DNA from: Acidobacteriota bacterium
GTDB lineage: Bacteria > Acidobacteriota > Terriglobia > Terriglobales > SCQP01
Length of the DNA: 64,000 bases
Assembly (NCBI GenBank): GCA_027459505.1
Contig: DAIDIE010000041.1
Span: 3,252 to 67,251, forward strand
Reading direction: 5' to 3'
The notes below the pieces were generated by a model. That model had not been told where the DNA came from, searched no databases, and saw nothing but the letters and a program-made list of their open reading frames with translations. Shown here piece by piece: positions 53,136-62,043 of the stretch; the stretch's first letter is position 1, and every line of letters begins with the position of its first letter. The position numbers and the translations under genes are program-made.

Positions 53136-54284
53136 CTAATGTTGACCGAGCATACGCCGGGCGCGGCGTTGCCATGGGGGAACGCCGGCCCGGTGGCGGA
53201 CACGCCGGGGCTGCGACTTGCGCCGGAGGAGGCGTTTGGTTGAGGAGCGCCGCGCGGGCTTAGGGTGAGGGGTGGCAGATGGGGGCGGGGTGGGGTTGGC
53301 GTTGTCGTCCGCTGGTCCGTGAAGAATCGCCTGACCGTCGTAGCGCAAATCCACAGAGGTCATGGCGGGGTCCTGGGCTTCCCAGGTGGCCAGGTGTGCC
53401 AGGAACAAGCGGTAGCGCGCCAGAAAATGATTCGAACCCAGATGTACGACGATGGCTTTCGGCGATCCGGAAGGCAGTGCGGTGGCGACGACATCGTCGG
53501 GATCATGCAGGTCGATTTCCGACAGGTCACGGCTGTAGTGGCCGCCATTCTGATCCAGGTCCTGAACCAGGCGCAGGTAGCGCCGGATTTGCCGCTGGCG
53601 CAAGGCGTCGGGCGCAGGATTGTCGGAAGGCGAGCCGGTTCCGATGCCATCGAGACCCTGCAGGACGGGGAAATCGTATTTACCCTGTGGCGGGCGTTCG
53701 AGCAGCACGCCCTGGGCGTCGATCAACTCCAATCCCGTTCCCCAGCGCACAAAAGCAACCGGCTGGCGCTCCTGAATTCGCACCCGCAATTGGTCGGGCC
53801 AAATGCGTAAGACGGCGGCATGGCGAACCCAAGGGATCTCCTCCAGGCGCTGTTGCCGTTGCCGCAAGGGGATATGGTACAAGTTGCGCCCCAGATCGGG
53901 AGCGAAGCACTCCAGGACCTGTTCCCGGGTAACGTGAGTATTTCCGGAGATGTGGATATCCTGGGAGCCGTGCAAGGCAAAAACGGGCGCCGTGGTCCAG
54001 TAATGAAAACCGGCAAAGGCGAGGGTCAACAACAGCAGCGGTAAGGCGCCCCAACGAAAGGCGATACGGGTGATATCCCAGGCGCGCGCCAGGGTGCCGC
54101 CGAGGCGCCGCTTGCCGGCGCGCACGGGCCGGCGGCGTCTGCGGTACTCCGGTTCGACGGCGGCGTCGGATTCGAGGGGCTCGCCCGCTTCGGCAGGGTC
54201 CAGTTCCTCGAGTGGCAGATCGTCCTCGGGCAGATCGTTTGCAGGGTTGCCGCCGGGTTTGCGAATTTTGATTTTGGTGGCCAC
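53136..54284 (-). CDS. ftsQ: Cell division protein FtsQ (POTRA domain) with basic N- and C-terminal tails
   Basis: TM segment WGALPLLLLTLAFAGF followed by POTRA-like IHISGNTHVTREQVLECF. It lies between murC and ftsA. Confidence 0.75.
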   Translation of the reverse strand: MATKIKIRKPGGNPANDLPEDDLPLEELDPAEAGEPLESDAAVEPEYRRRRRPVRAGKRRLGGTLARAWDITRIAFRWGALPLLLLTLAFAGFHYWTTAPVFALHGSQDIHISGNTHVTREQVLECFAPDLGRNLYHIPLRQRQQRLEEIPWVRHAAVLRIWPDQLRVRIQERQPVAFVRWGTGLELIDAQGVLLERPPQGKYDFPVLQGLDGIGTGSPSDNPAPDALRQRQIRRYLRLVQDLDQNGGHYSRDLSEIDLHDPDDVVATALPSGSPKAIVVHLGSNHFLARYRLFLAHLATWEAQDPAMTSVDLRYDGQAILHGPADDNANPTPPPSATPHPKPARRSSTKRLLRRKSQPRRVRHRAGVPPWQRRARRMLGQH

Positions 54285-54311
54285 TGTGCTCTTGGGACTG
54301 CTCGCAGGCTA

Positions 54312-55754
54312 TCAGACTGTACCGGCTTTTGCAGTACTGGGGTAGCGCTCCTGCAGGGCGCTCAGGATGCGATCGCCGAGGAGAGAGACGCTACCGGCGC
54401 CCTGGGTGAGGATGACATCACCGGGTTCGGCGGCGGCGACCAGTTTCTGAATGGCTTCATCGCTGCTGGCAGCATGCCAGGCCTGCACTCCCAAATTCAC
54501 GAGTTCGCGCGCCAGGACCGCGGAGGAGACGCCAGGAATGGGGGTTTCGCTCGCGGCATAAATATCCAGCAGCGCCACCTGATCGGCGCTGGCCAGGGTC
54601 TGCACGAACTCTTGCTGCAGGTGATGGGTCCTGGTGTAGCGGTGCGGCTGAAACAGCAGCAGAACGCGCTTGAATTGGCACTGGCGGGCGGCGGCCAGGG
54701 TGGCGGCGATTTCGGTGGGATGATGGCCGTAGTCATCGATGACGGTGACCCCAGCCACTTCGCCTTTGACCTGAAAACGGCGGTCTACGCCATGGAAGGT
54801 GGCGACGGCGGCGCGCAAAATTTCCAAGTCACGTCCCAGGAGCAGACCACAAATGACAGCCGCCGTGGCGTTGAAGATGTTGTGGCGCCCGGGGACTTCG
54901 AGGCGAAACTCGCCCAAATCCAGACTGGCCACCTGTTCGCGTCCGAGATGGCGAGCGGCGTTGGGGGTCTGCGCCAAACGAAAGCGGGAAGAAAACGGGG
55001 CCAGGGCGATATCGCTGATGCGCACATCGCAGTCAGGGGATTCGCCGTAGGTAAGCACGCGCCGCTGGATGCGCGGGAGGATAGTGCGGGCCGCCTCGCC
55101 ATCACTGCAGAGAACAACCGTGCCATAGAAGGGGACGCGGTTGGCAAACTGGGTGAAGGCGTCCTGGATGTCGTCCAGTCCGGCATAGCAGTCCAGATGC
55201 TCGCGGTCGATGTTGGTGATGACGGAGATAATTGGCGAGAGTTTGAGGAACGAGCGGTCGCTCTCGTCGGCCTCGGCCACCAGGTACTCGGAGGTGCCCA
55301 GGCGGGCATTGGAGCCAATGGAATCCAGCCGTCCTCCCACGACCACGGTGGGATCGAGATTGGCGGCGGCGAGCAAGGTGGCGATGATGGAGGTGGTGGT
55401 GGTTTTGCCGTGCATGCCCGCGACGGCGATGCCAAACTTCAAGCGCATGAGTTCGGCCAGCATTTCCGCGCGAGGAATGACGGGGATCTGGCGTTCGCGC
55501 GCGGCTCGCACCTCCGGGTTGTCGGGCTGGACGGCGGTGGAGGTTACAACGACCTCGGCGTCCTGCAGGTTTTCCGCGCCATGGCCCAGGCAAATGCGAG
55601 CGCCCAACTTCTCCAGCCGATCAGTCACGGAGGAGCGTTTGAGATCACTGCCGGAGACCGACCAGCCGAGCGTCAACAGCACTTCGGCAATACCACTCAT
55701 GCCGATGCCGCCGATGCCGACGAAATGCACGCGCATGACTCGGGAAAACATCAT
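54312..55754 (-). CDS. murC: UDP-N-acetylmuramate--L-alanine ligase
   Basis: VHFVGIGGIGMSGIAEVLL and GMHGKTTTTS. I chose the ATG at 55754 (MMFSRVMRVHF); the track start 55904 overlaps murG. Confidence 0.9.
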   Translation of the reverse strand: MMFSRVMRVHFVGIGGIGMSGIAEVLLTLGWSVSGSDLKRSSVTDRLEKLGARICLGHGAENLQDAEVVVTSTAVQPDNPEVRAARERQIPVIPRAEMLAELMRLKFGIAVAGMHGKTTTTSIIATLLAAANLDPTVVVGGRLDSIGSNARLGTSEYLVAEADESDRSFLKLSPIISVITNIDREHLDCYAGLDDIQDAFTQFANRVPFYGTVVLCSDGEAARTILPRIQRRVLTYGESPDCDVRISDIALAPFSSRFRLAQTPNAARHLGREQVASLDLGEFRLEVPGRHNIFNATAAVICGLLLGRDLEILRAAVATFHGVDRRFQVKGEVAGVTVIDDYGHHPTEIAATLAAARQCQFKRVLLLFQPHRYTRTHHLQQEFVQTLASADQVALLDIYAASETPIPGVSSAVLARELVNLGVQAWHAASSDEAIQKLVAAAEPGDVILTQGAGSVSLLGDRILSALQERYPSTAKAGTV

Positions 55755-55779
55755 AGTTGCCACAATTTCCTCGTAACTT

Positions 55780-56919
55780 TCATTCCTGGTGCAGCGATTC
55801 GTGCCGGGCAGCACGGCAGAGCAGTGCGGCCATAGCGGCGGCTGCTTGCGGTCGGGCGAAGCGGCGGGCAGCTCCGGCCATGTCGCACAGGCGGCCCGGG
55901 GCAACCGTCAAATCCCGGACGAGGGCGGCCAGTTTTTCCGCCGACAAATCCTTTTGAGGCATGATTTCGGCCGAGCCGAGCGCGGCAAAGGCGCGAGCGT
56001 TGCGCATTTGGTGGTCGTCGGCGGCGCCGGGGAAAGGAATCAGCACGCTAGGGCGGCCGGCGGCGGCCAATTCCGCCAGGGTGCTGCCGCCGCTACGGCA
56101 GATGACGAGATCCGCCCAGCCCATGGCCTCGGGCATGTCTTCAATGAAAGCCTGCACTTGTACCTCACGCAGACCAGCCTGATCATAGGCGGCGCGCACG
56201 TCATTATAGTCGTGCCCGCCGGTCTGGTGAATGAGGGAAACACCCAAGCCTTGTTGCCGCCAAAGAGTCGCGGTAGCGGGCAGCACGCGATTGAGGGCGC
56301 GAGCGCCCTGGCTGCCGCCGAAGGCGAGAATGCGTAAAGGCTGGTGAGGTGCAGTTGCGGGCAGGTTAAAGAACTCGGGGCGGACCGGGACGCCGGTGAG
56401 GCGAGTGCAGGGGAAGTCGTTGCGGGTTTCTTCGAAGGCGATGGCGGCGCAGGTGATCCAGCGGGCGAGCAGGCGGTTGGCCATGCCGGAGTTGGCATTG
56501 GGCTCAAAAGCCACGATGGGCAGGCGGCGCAGCAGGGCGGCGAGCAACATGGGGCCGGAGGCATAGCCGCCCAAGCCAAAGACGGCCTCGGCGCGGCTCT
56601 CGCGCAAAATTGCCAGACAGTCGCGGACCGCCTGCGGCAGCGCGGCCAAGGCCTGGAACTTGCGGCGCAGCGAGACGCGATTGAGACCCTGAATGTGAAT
56701 CAGGCGCAGTTCAAAGCCGGCGGAGGGGACCAGGCGGGCCTCAATGCCGCGTTCGGTTCCGACAAACACCACGTGTTCGACGCCGCTACGCCGCAATTCG
56801 CGGGCGACGGCCAAGCCGGGAATGAGATGGCCGCCAGTGCCGCCACCGGCAATGATGACGCAACGCGGCGCGGCGAGGCTGGGAGCGGCGACGCTGGATT
56901 GAAGTGCATCGGTAGTCAT
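55780..56919 (-). CDS. murG: Undecaprenyl-PP-MurNAc-pentapeptide GlcNAc transferase
   Basis: GGTGGHLIPGLAVARELRRSG and the C-terminal ICRSGGSTLAELAAAGRPSVLIP. I chose the ATG at 56919. Confidence 0.9.
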   Translation of the reverse strand: MTTDALQSSVAAPSLAAPRCVIIAGGGTGGHLIPGLAVARELRRSGVEHVVFVGTERGIEARLVPSAGFELRLIHIQGLNRVSLRRKFQALAALPQAVRDCLAILRESRAEAVFGLGGYASGPMLLAALLRRLPIVAFEPNANSGMANRLLARWITCAAIAFEETRNDFPCTRLTGVPVRPEFFNLPATAPHQPLRILAFGGSQGARALNRVLPATATLWRQQGLGVSLIHQTGGHDYNDVRAAYDQAGLREVQVQAFIEDMPEAMGWADLVICRSGGSTLAELAAAGRPSVLIPFPGAADDHQMRNARAFAALGSAEIMPQKDLSAEKLAALVRDLTVAPGRLCDMAGAARRFARPQAAAAMAALLCRAARHESLHQE

Positions 56920-57127
56920 GCTGCAGTGCTGCGGCAAATCCTTGGGATCGCGCGCGCGCGATGTGCGGCACAGGCGCTGTTTCAGTTTATGGGCGGAAGG
57001 TAGCGTTGCGCTAGTGCGTTTGCATGAGAAAGCGCCGCGCGCCACTACGTTGCGACCAGCAGTAGTGGAGGGGGGATTGGGAGGGGCTCAGAGGAGAGTG
57101 GTAGAAAAGCAAGGCAGGAGGAAGGGT

Positions 57128-57274
57128 CTATTCAATCCAGCCACTACGAAAGGCAATCCACCAACACAACACCAGGATGGGCACGGTGAGGATGAGCGAC
57201 CAGGTAAAGGAAACAAAGAAGCCCACCAAGAGACTGATGACGGAGTACAACGTCCAAAAGACCTTTTGTTCCAT
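57128..57274 (-). CDS. Small membrane protein (48 aa)
   Basis: MEQKVFWTLYSVISLLVGFFVSFTWSLILTVPILVLCWWIAFRSGWIE, two hydrophobic helices. Confidence 0.35.
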   Translation of the reverse strand: MEQKVFWTLYSVISLLVGFFVSFTWSLILTVPILVLCWWIAFRSGWIE

Positions 57275-57486
57275 ATTGGGAGCATACGCTTGAGGTGGCG
57301 GGATGCAATTCCAAATTGACAACGAGGTGATTGAAGAAAGCGCTCAGGCGGCAGCGGGCGGCGGCGGGGAGCATCTATAAAGCTGTCCGGCGTGCAAGCG
57401 CTGGAACCCTTCTCAATTCCCTCCAGGGTAGCCGGAGAGTACTCGCCGGCTACCCTCTCCCCACTGACTGTGGCGGGGAGCAGGGA

Positions 57487-58155
57487 TTAGCGGACGACCA
57501 GAACTTCGCGCAGGTTATCGCGCGCTAAAAAGAATTTGATATTACGAAAGCCGCTTCCCTGGAAGAGGTTTTCGATGTTGCGGTTGTTAAAGATGCGTTG
57601 CAAGGGCAGGCTGGAAACGGGGCGCAGTTCCAGCGATTCGGCATCGCGGATATGGTAGCTGCAGTAGGGCGCCTGGGTGCTGCCTTCGCGGGTATGGAAG
57701 TAGGCCAGCACATTTCCCCCGGGCTTAAGCAGGAGGCTGAGCCGGTCGACCAAGGGTTTAACCAGAGCTTCGGGAATGTAGTCAGCGAGATCCCAGAGGA
57801 GGACGGCGTCGAAGGAAGCTGCCTCGTAGTTCAGATTATTGTGAAAGAACAATTCGGCGTTGATGGCGGCAGGGGAGGAATCGGTGGCTGGGATATGGTA
57901 CTGGGGTTCGTTGGCGGCGCGCAGAAGGTCCTCATTATGGATCTTTTGCCCGAGGTTGCTGATGTAGGTCAAATTGGCGCTGGAGGTCAGGCCAAGATCA
58001 AGGATGCGGAGGCCCGAGGCCTTCGACCAGGAGGCCACAAATTCTTTGAGGCCATTACTGCGCCGCACCAGCGGCTCCCCTTTCGCTTTACCGCCAAAAA
58101 CGGGCTGGCCGCTGTTGTTGCCCAGGAGCGCTTGGATTTTCTTCAGCAGTTCCAC
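57487..58155 (-). CDS. Class I SAM-dependent methyltransferase-like protein (degenerate motif I)
   Basis: LRILDLGLTSSAN...FDAVLLWDLADYI...LLKPGGNVLAYF. Confidence 0.6.
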   Translation of the reverse strand: MELLKKIQALLGNNSGQPVFGGKAKGEPLVRRSNGLKEFVASWSKASGLRILDLGLTSSANLTYISNLGQKIHNEDLLRAANEPQYHIPATDSSPAAINAELFFHNNLNYEAASFDAVLLWDLADYIPEALVKPLVDRLSLLLKPGGNVLAYFHTREGSTQAPYCSYHIRDAESLELRPVSSLPLQRIFNNRNIENLFQGSGFRNIKFFLARDNLREVLVVR

Positions 58156-58274
58156 CCATCAATGATACGGTGAACGCCGTAGTTTTAGGGAAACTTCAGC
58201 CAGCGCGAGGGTCTGGCAGGGGCAGGATGCTGGCGGCCTCAAAGCCGATTGTGACCACCAGCGCGGGTGTGGGT

Positions 58275-58868
58275 TCAGGACTTGGAGTCGAGGAGCGGCG
58301 CTTGCACCGGCTGAGTGGGAGAGGCGGGCGTAGCCGGGCGATTGGAGCTGGCACTCGCAGGCGCGCTCGCCGGCGTTGCCGGGGAAGCGGCTGAGGTTGC
58401 CGCCGGCGCTGTTGGGCGGGAGAGGTTCTCGGTGGGAGGCTGGGCCTCGATCCTTCCCTTTAGAAAAGCGCCGTCTTCGATCTGGATGCGGGGCACGCGA
58501 ATATTGCCGGTGACCGCTCCGGTGCGGCGGATTTCGACGCGTTCGCTGGCGGTGACGTCGCCTTCCAGGCTGCCCATGACGATCACCTGCTTGGCGACGA
58601 TGTTGGCGCGAACCTGTCCTTGTGGACCGACGGTTAGCACATGCTGCCCCAGCCGCACCGAGCCCTGCAGCACACCATCGAGGACGACGTCCTGGTCGCC
58701 AGCAATATCGGCCTTCACCTGCAACTGCGCACCAAAGTAGGAACTGGGGGGCTTGGCGACGGGTGGAGCAGGTGCTGGCGGTGGAAGGCTGGAGCTGGGC
58801 GCCGCTGGCGGGCGGTTGGCCGCCGGTTCAACGGCGGGCTCGTTTTCTTCACGTTTCCAAATGGCCAT
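58275..58868 (-). CDS. Bactofilin (polymer-forming cytoskeletal protein) with Pro/Ala-rich tails
   Basis: Beta-helical repeat core IAGDQDVVLDGVLQGSVRLGQHVLTVGPQGQVRANIVAKQVIVMGSLEGDVTASERVEIRRTGAVTGNI. I chose the ATG at 58868. Confidence 0.8.
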   Translation of the reverse strand: MAIWKREENEPAVEPAANRPPAAPSSSLPPPAPAPPVAKPPSSYFGAQLQVKADIAGDQDVVLDGVLQGSVRLGQHVLTVGPQGQVRANIVAKQVIVMGSLEGDVTASERVEIRRTGAVTGNIRVPRIQIEDGAFLKGRIEAQPPTENLSRPTAPAATSAASPATPASAPASASSNRPATPASPTQPVQAPLLDSKS

Positions 58869-58930
58869 GACAAATCCCCCTAGAACGTCAACCCGCGAAC
58901 ATTGTAGCAAGGCCCACGGCGGCTGGCATT

Positions 58931-60013
58931 TCAAAACAAGCGGACGGGAAAAGCGAGTTGCTCGTGACCGAGTTGCAGGTCCAGGTCACGCAGCCGCCAC
59001 AGGGGCTTTTCCGCGCGGCGCCGCTGAACGACTTGGGGCAAGCGCGCCAGTGCCCGCAGGTAGCCGGCGTGATAGCTGAAATCGAGCTTGAAGAAATGCT
59101 GCAGCAGCAACAGATGAGCCCAGAACAAGTGCCCAGGAAGGCGGGCTGGATCAAGATTTTTCCAATGAAACAGCAGGCGGTTGCGTTGGATCACGCTGGC
59201 GCGGCGGAAGCTGCTCGCGTGGCGCTTTACACTGCTGCTGAGTTCATGGTGCACCATGGCGTGCCGTTCATAGCCGGTTGTCCAGCCCCGTTTGCGGGCA
59301 CGGTAGGAAAGATCGATGTCTTCCCAGTAGTAGGGGGCAAAGAGCGGGTCGAAGCCACCCAGGGCGCGAAAGCGGCTGGTGCGGAGGGCGCAGAACCCGC
59401 CGACGAGGGAGAAGGAGGGAGGGCGGAGAGGGAGGGCTGGGGGTTCGGAGGCAGAGCTTTCGTCCTGCGGAGCGGCGCTGCCCGCGGGCTGGGGATCATA
59501 ATTGCGCCATGTTTCCCAGAAGCCGCGACGGAAGCGGCCGAGTTTGCCGGCGGTTGCCGGGCGGGCCTCCGCGCCGGGTTCAGGTGGCAGATCGAATCCG
59601 CGGAAGGTGACGCCGAAGAGCTGCGGATCGTTAAACCAGTCAGGAACGGGATCGAGAGCATGGGGCAGCAGTCGCAGGTCATTGTTGAGCAGAATCAGCA
59701 GCTCAAACCGGGCATGTTCCACGCCGGCGTTGACTGCGGGCGAGAAACCCCGGTTCACAGGGCGGGCGATCACCTTGAGATTGCTTGAAGCGGAGGGGCT
59801 GAAATCCGGTTGGGCTTGCAACCAGGTGACGCTGTCGTCGGTGGAGCCGTCATCGGAGACGATTACTTCTGAGGGTAAGCCGGTGTGCGTTGACCAGCGT
59901 CGCGCCTCATGGAGAACGGAAGGCAAATAGCGCTGCAGCAAGGCGCGGCCATTCCAACTGGGAATGACAATGCTGATCCCGTCCGCCGGAGGAGGTGGGA
60001 GCGGGGCGTTCAC
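58931..60013 (-). CDS. Family 2 glycosyltransferase
   Basis: ISIVIPSWNGRALL...VIVSDDGSTDDS...LLNNDL. Confidence 0.8.
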   Translation of the reverse strand: MNAPLPPPPADGISIVIPSWNGRALLQRYLPSVLHEARRWSTHTGLPSEVIVSDDGSTDDSVTWLQAQPDFSPSASSNLKVIARPVNRGFSPAVNAGVEHARFELLILLNNDLRLLPHALDPVPDWFNDPQLFGVTFRGFDLPPEPGAEARPATAGKLGRFRRGFWETWRNYDPQPAGSAAPQDESSASEPPALPLRPPSFSLVGGFCALRTSRFRALGGFDPLFAPYYWEDIDLSYRARKRGWTTGYERHAMVHHELSSSVKRHASSFRRASVIQRNRLLFHWKNLDPARLPGHLFWAHLLLLQHFFKLDFSYHAGYLRALARLPQVVQRRRAEKPLWRLRDLDLQLGHEQLAFPVRLF

Positions 60014-60720
60014 GAAATTCCAAAGACGACGACAAGATGAGCGGTCACCTTGACGGTCTGCGGCTGAAAGCCGGCGGTAGGCGGCGGGAGTGCTTGCCGG
60101 TTGGCGGCCGCGTAGAATCCGAAGCCCCCCAGGCCGGCCACGACCGGAGGCGCGCTCACCTGAACCGAGAGGGGGCTGCCGAGGTGTTTACCCGCGGCCT
60201 CCGCGACGGCTTGCGCGCTGTCGCGAGCGGAGCGGAAGGCCTGCTGCAGGGCTTGGCGCCGGGCGGTGGAATCCTGGCTGAGTTCATAGCGTAACTGTTG
60301 GACGGGAACACCTCCAGAGGCTGCCGAATCCAGGAGAGGCGCCAAGCGGTGCAGGTCTTTCAAGCGCACTTCAATGGTGCTGCTGATGGTGTAACCGCGG
60401 GTCTGGCGCGTCTTCCAGTCAATGTCGGGGTTGACTTGGTAGGAGCCCAGCCTGGCCTGGGCTGGATTCAGGGCAGCCTTAGTGAGCGCCACACGAATCT
60501 GCTGGGCCTGCTGTTTGGCCTGCAGGTAGGCTTGCTGCACAGTTTTTCCGCGGCCCAGGACCTGGAAGCTCACTACCGCAGTGTCGGGTTGCACCGGAAT
60601 GGAGGCGCTGCCGTCGACGGTAATGGATGGCGGTTGGGAAGATTTCGTCTGTCCCGCCGCTATTGCGGGGAACAAAAGTAAAGCGACCAGAAAGCCCTTA
60701 CGATTCTTTAGCGCCTGCAT
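60010..60720 (-). CDS. SIMPL (DUF541) domain periplasmic protein
   Basis: Signal peptide MQALKNRKGFLVALLLFPAIAAG. SIMPL-type blocks ITVDGSASIPVQPDTAVVSFQV and VKVTAHLVVVF. Confidence 0.7.
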   Translation of the reverse strand: MQALKNRKGFLVALLLFPAIAAGQTKSSQPPSITVDGSASIPVQPDTAVVSFQVLGRGKTVQQAYLQAKQQAQQIRVALTKAALNPAQARLGSYQVNPDIDWKTRQTRGYTISSTIEVRLKDLHRLAPLLDSAASGGVPVQQLRYELSQDSTARRQALQQAFRSARDSAQAVAEAAGKHLGSPLSVQVSAPPVVAGLGGFGFYAAANRQALPPPTAGFQPQTVKVTAHLVVVFGIS

Positions 60721-60858
60721 GCTCGTACTCCTAGCCGTCCGTTTGGACGTGCCCTAAGGTATCAAGACAAGTGTGCCAAGGTTTATCCGGTGATGGGGGA
60801 GATTTTTGCCCGCCAGGCGCGGGCGGCGGGGTGCGGGAGCGCATGCTATGCTCGCCCC

Positions 60859-62010
60859 ATGGATCTGATGATTGTGGCGGGCGAAGCTTCGGCGGATTTG
60901 CACGGAGCGCGCCTGTTATCGGAGTTGCGCCGCCGCCGTCCCGATCTGCAAGCTTTCGGTTGTGGCGGCGAGGGGCTGGCCGACGCCGGGTGTGAATTGA
61001 TCCTGCACGCCTCGCAACTCGCCCATATCGGTCTGTTTGAGGTGGTGCGTTCGCTGCCGCGAATTTACGCCCATTATCGTCTGCTGGTCAATGCCATGCG
61101 GCAGCGGCGGCCGAAAGCGCTGCTGCTGATCGATCTGCCGGACTTCAACCTGCGGCTCGCCCGCAAGGCCGCCGCTTTGGGCATTCCCGTCATTTATTTC
61201 ATCAGTCCGCAGCTGTGGGCCTGGCGTCCGGGACGGGTGGAGTTGATTCGAAAGTTCGTTACGCGGATGATCTGCATACTACCGTTCGAGCAAGCGTTTT
61301 ATAAGCGCTTTGGCTTGGAAGTGGACTATGTCGGGCATCCGCTGGTTGATATCGTCCGGCCGGTTCGGCCGCGGGCGGAGTTTCTGGCCGAGCAGCACCT
61401 GGATCCGGCGGTTCCGTTGATCACGCTATTGCCGGGTAGCCGGCGGCGCGAGCTTGAGTATCATTTGGAGCCAATGCTGGAGGCGGTGCGTCTCATCAGA
61501 GAGAGGCGGGAGGCGCAGTTTCTGCTACCCGTCGCCTCGACACTGGATGTGCGGCAAGTGGCCGAGCGGATTCCGGCCGAGATGCGCGGGTACCTGAAGG
61601 TCATTGCGGGACAGGTTTACGACGCGGTTTTTCATGCCCGGGCGGCGATAGTCTGTAGCGGAACGGCAACGCTGGAAACGGCGCTGCTCGGTACCCCAAT
61701 GGTGGTGATTTATCGTCTATCAGAATTGACCTGGAGAGTGGGGCGGCGCTGGGTTAAAACTCCCCATTACGCCATGGTCAACCTGATAGCGGAAAAGCGG
61801 CTGGTGCCGGAGCTGATTCAACAGGACTGCGAAGCAGCAAACATTGTGCGTCACTTGGAGCCTTTAATAGACGAGACACCGCAGCGCGAGCAGATGCTGC
61901 GGGGCTATTACGACGTGCGGCGGCGATTGGGCAGTTCCGGCGCGATCCGCCGGGCCGCCATAATAGTGGAAGAGATATTAGGCGGGGTGCCCCGCCGAGT
62001 TCCGGCCTGA
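60859..62010 (+). CDS. lpxB: Lipid-A-disaccharide synthase
   Basis: MDLMIVAGEASADLHGARLL...LIDLPDFNLRLARKA...YFISPQLWAWRPGR...LLPGSRRRE...SGTATLETALLGTPMVVIY. Confidence 0.9.
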   Translation: MDLMIVAGEASADLHGARLLSELRRRRPDLQAFGCGGEGLADAGCELILHASQLAHIGLFEVVRSLPRIYAHYRLLVNAMRQRRPKALLLIDLPDFNLRLARKAAALGIPVIYFISPQLWAWRPGRVELIRKFVTRMICILPFEQAFYKRFGLEVDYVGHPLVDIVRPVRPRAEFLAEQHLDPAVPLITLLPGSRRRELEYHLEPMLEAVRLIRERREAQFLLPVASTLDVRQVAERIPAEMRGYLKVIAGQVYDAVFHARAAIVCSGTATLETALLGTPMVVIYRLSELTWRVGRRWVKTPHYAMVNLIAEKRLVPELIQQDCEAANIVRHLEPLIDETPQREQMLRGYYDVRRRLGSSGAIRRAAIIVEEILGGVPRRVPA

Positions 62011-62043
62011 AGCAGGGTCCGGACGTCTGAACCCGAGCCATCT

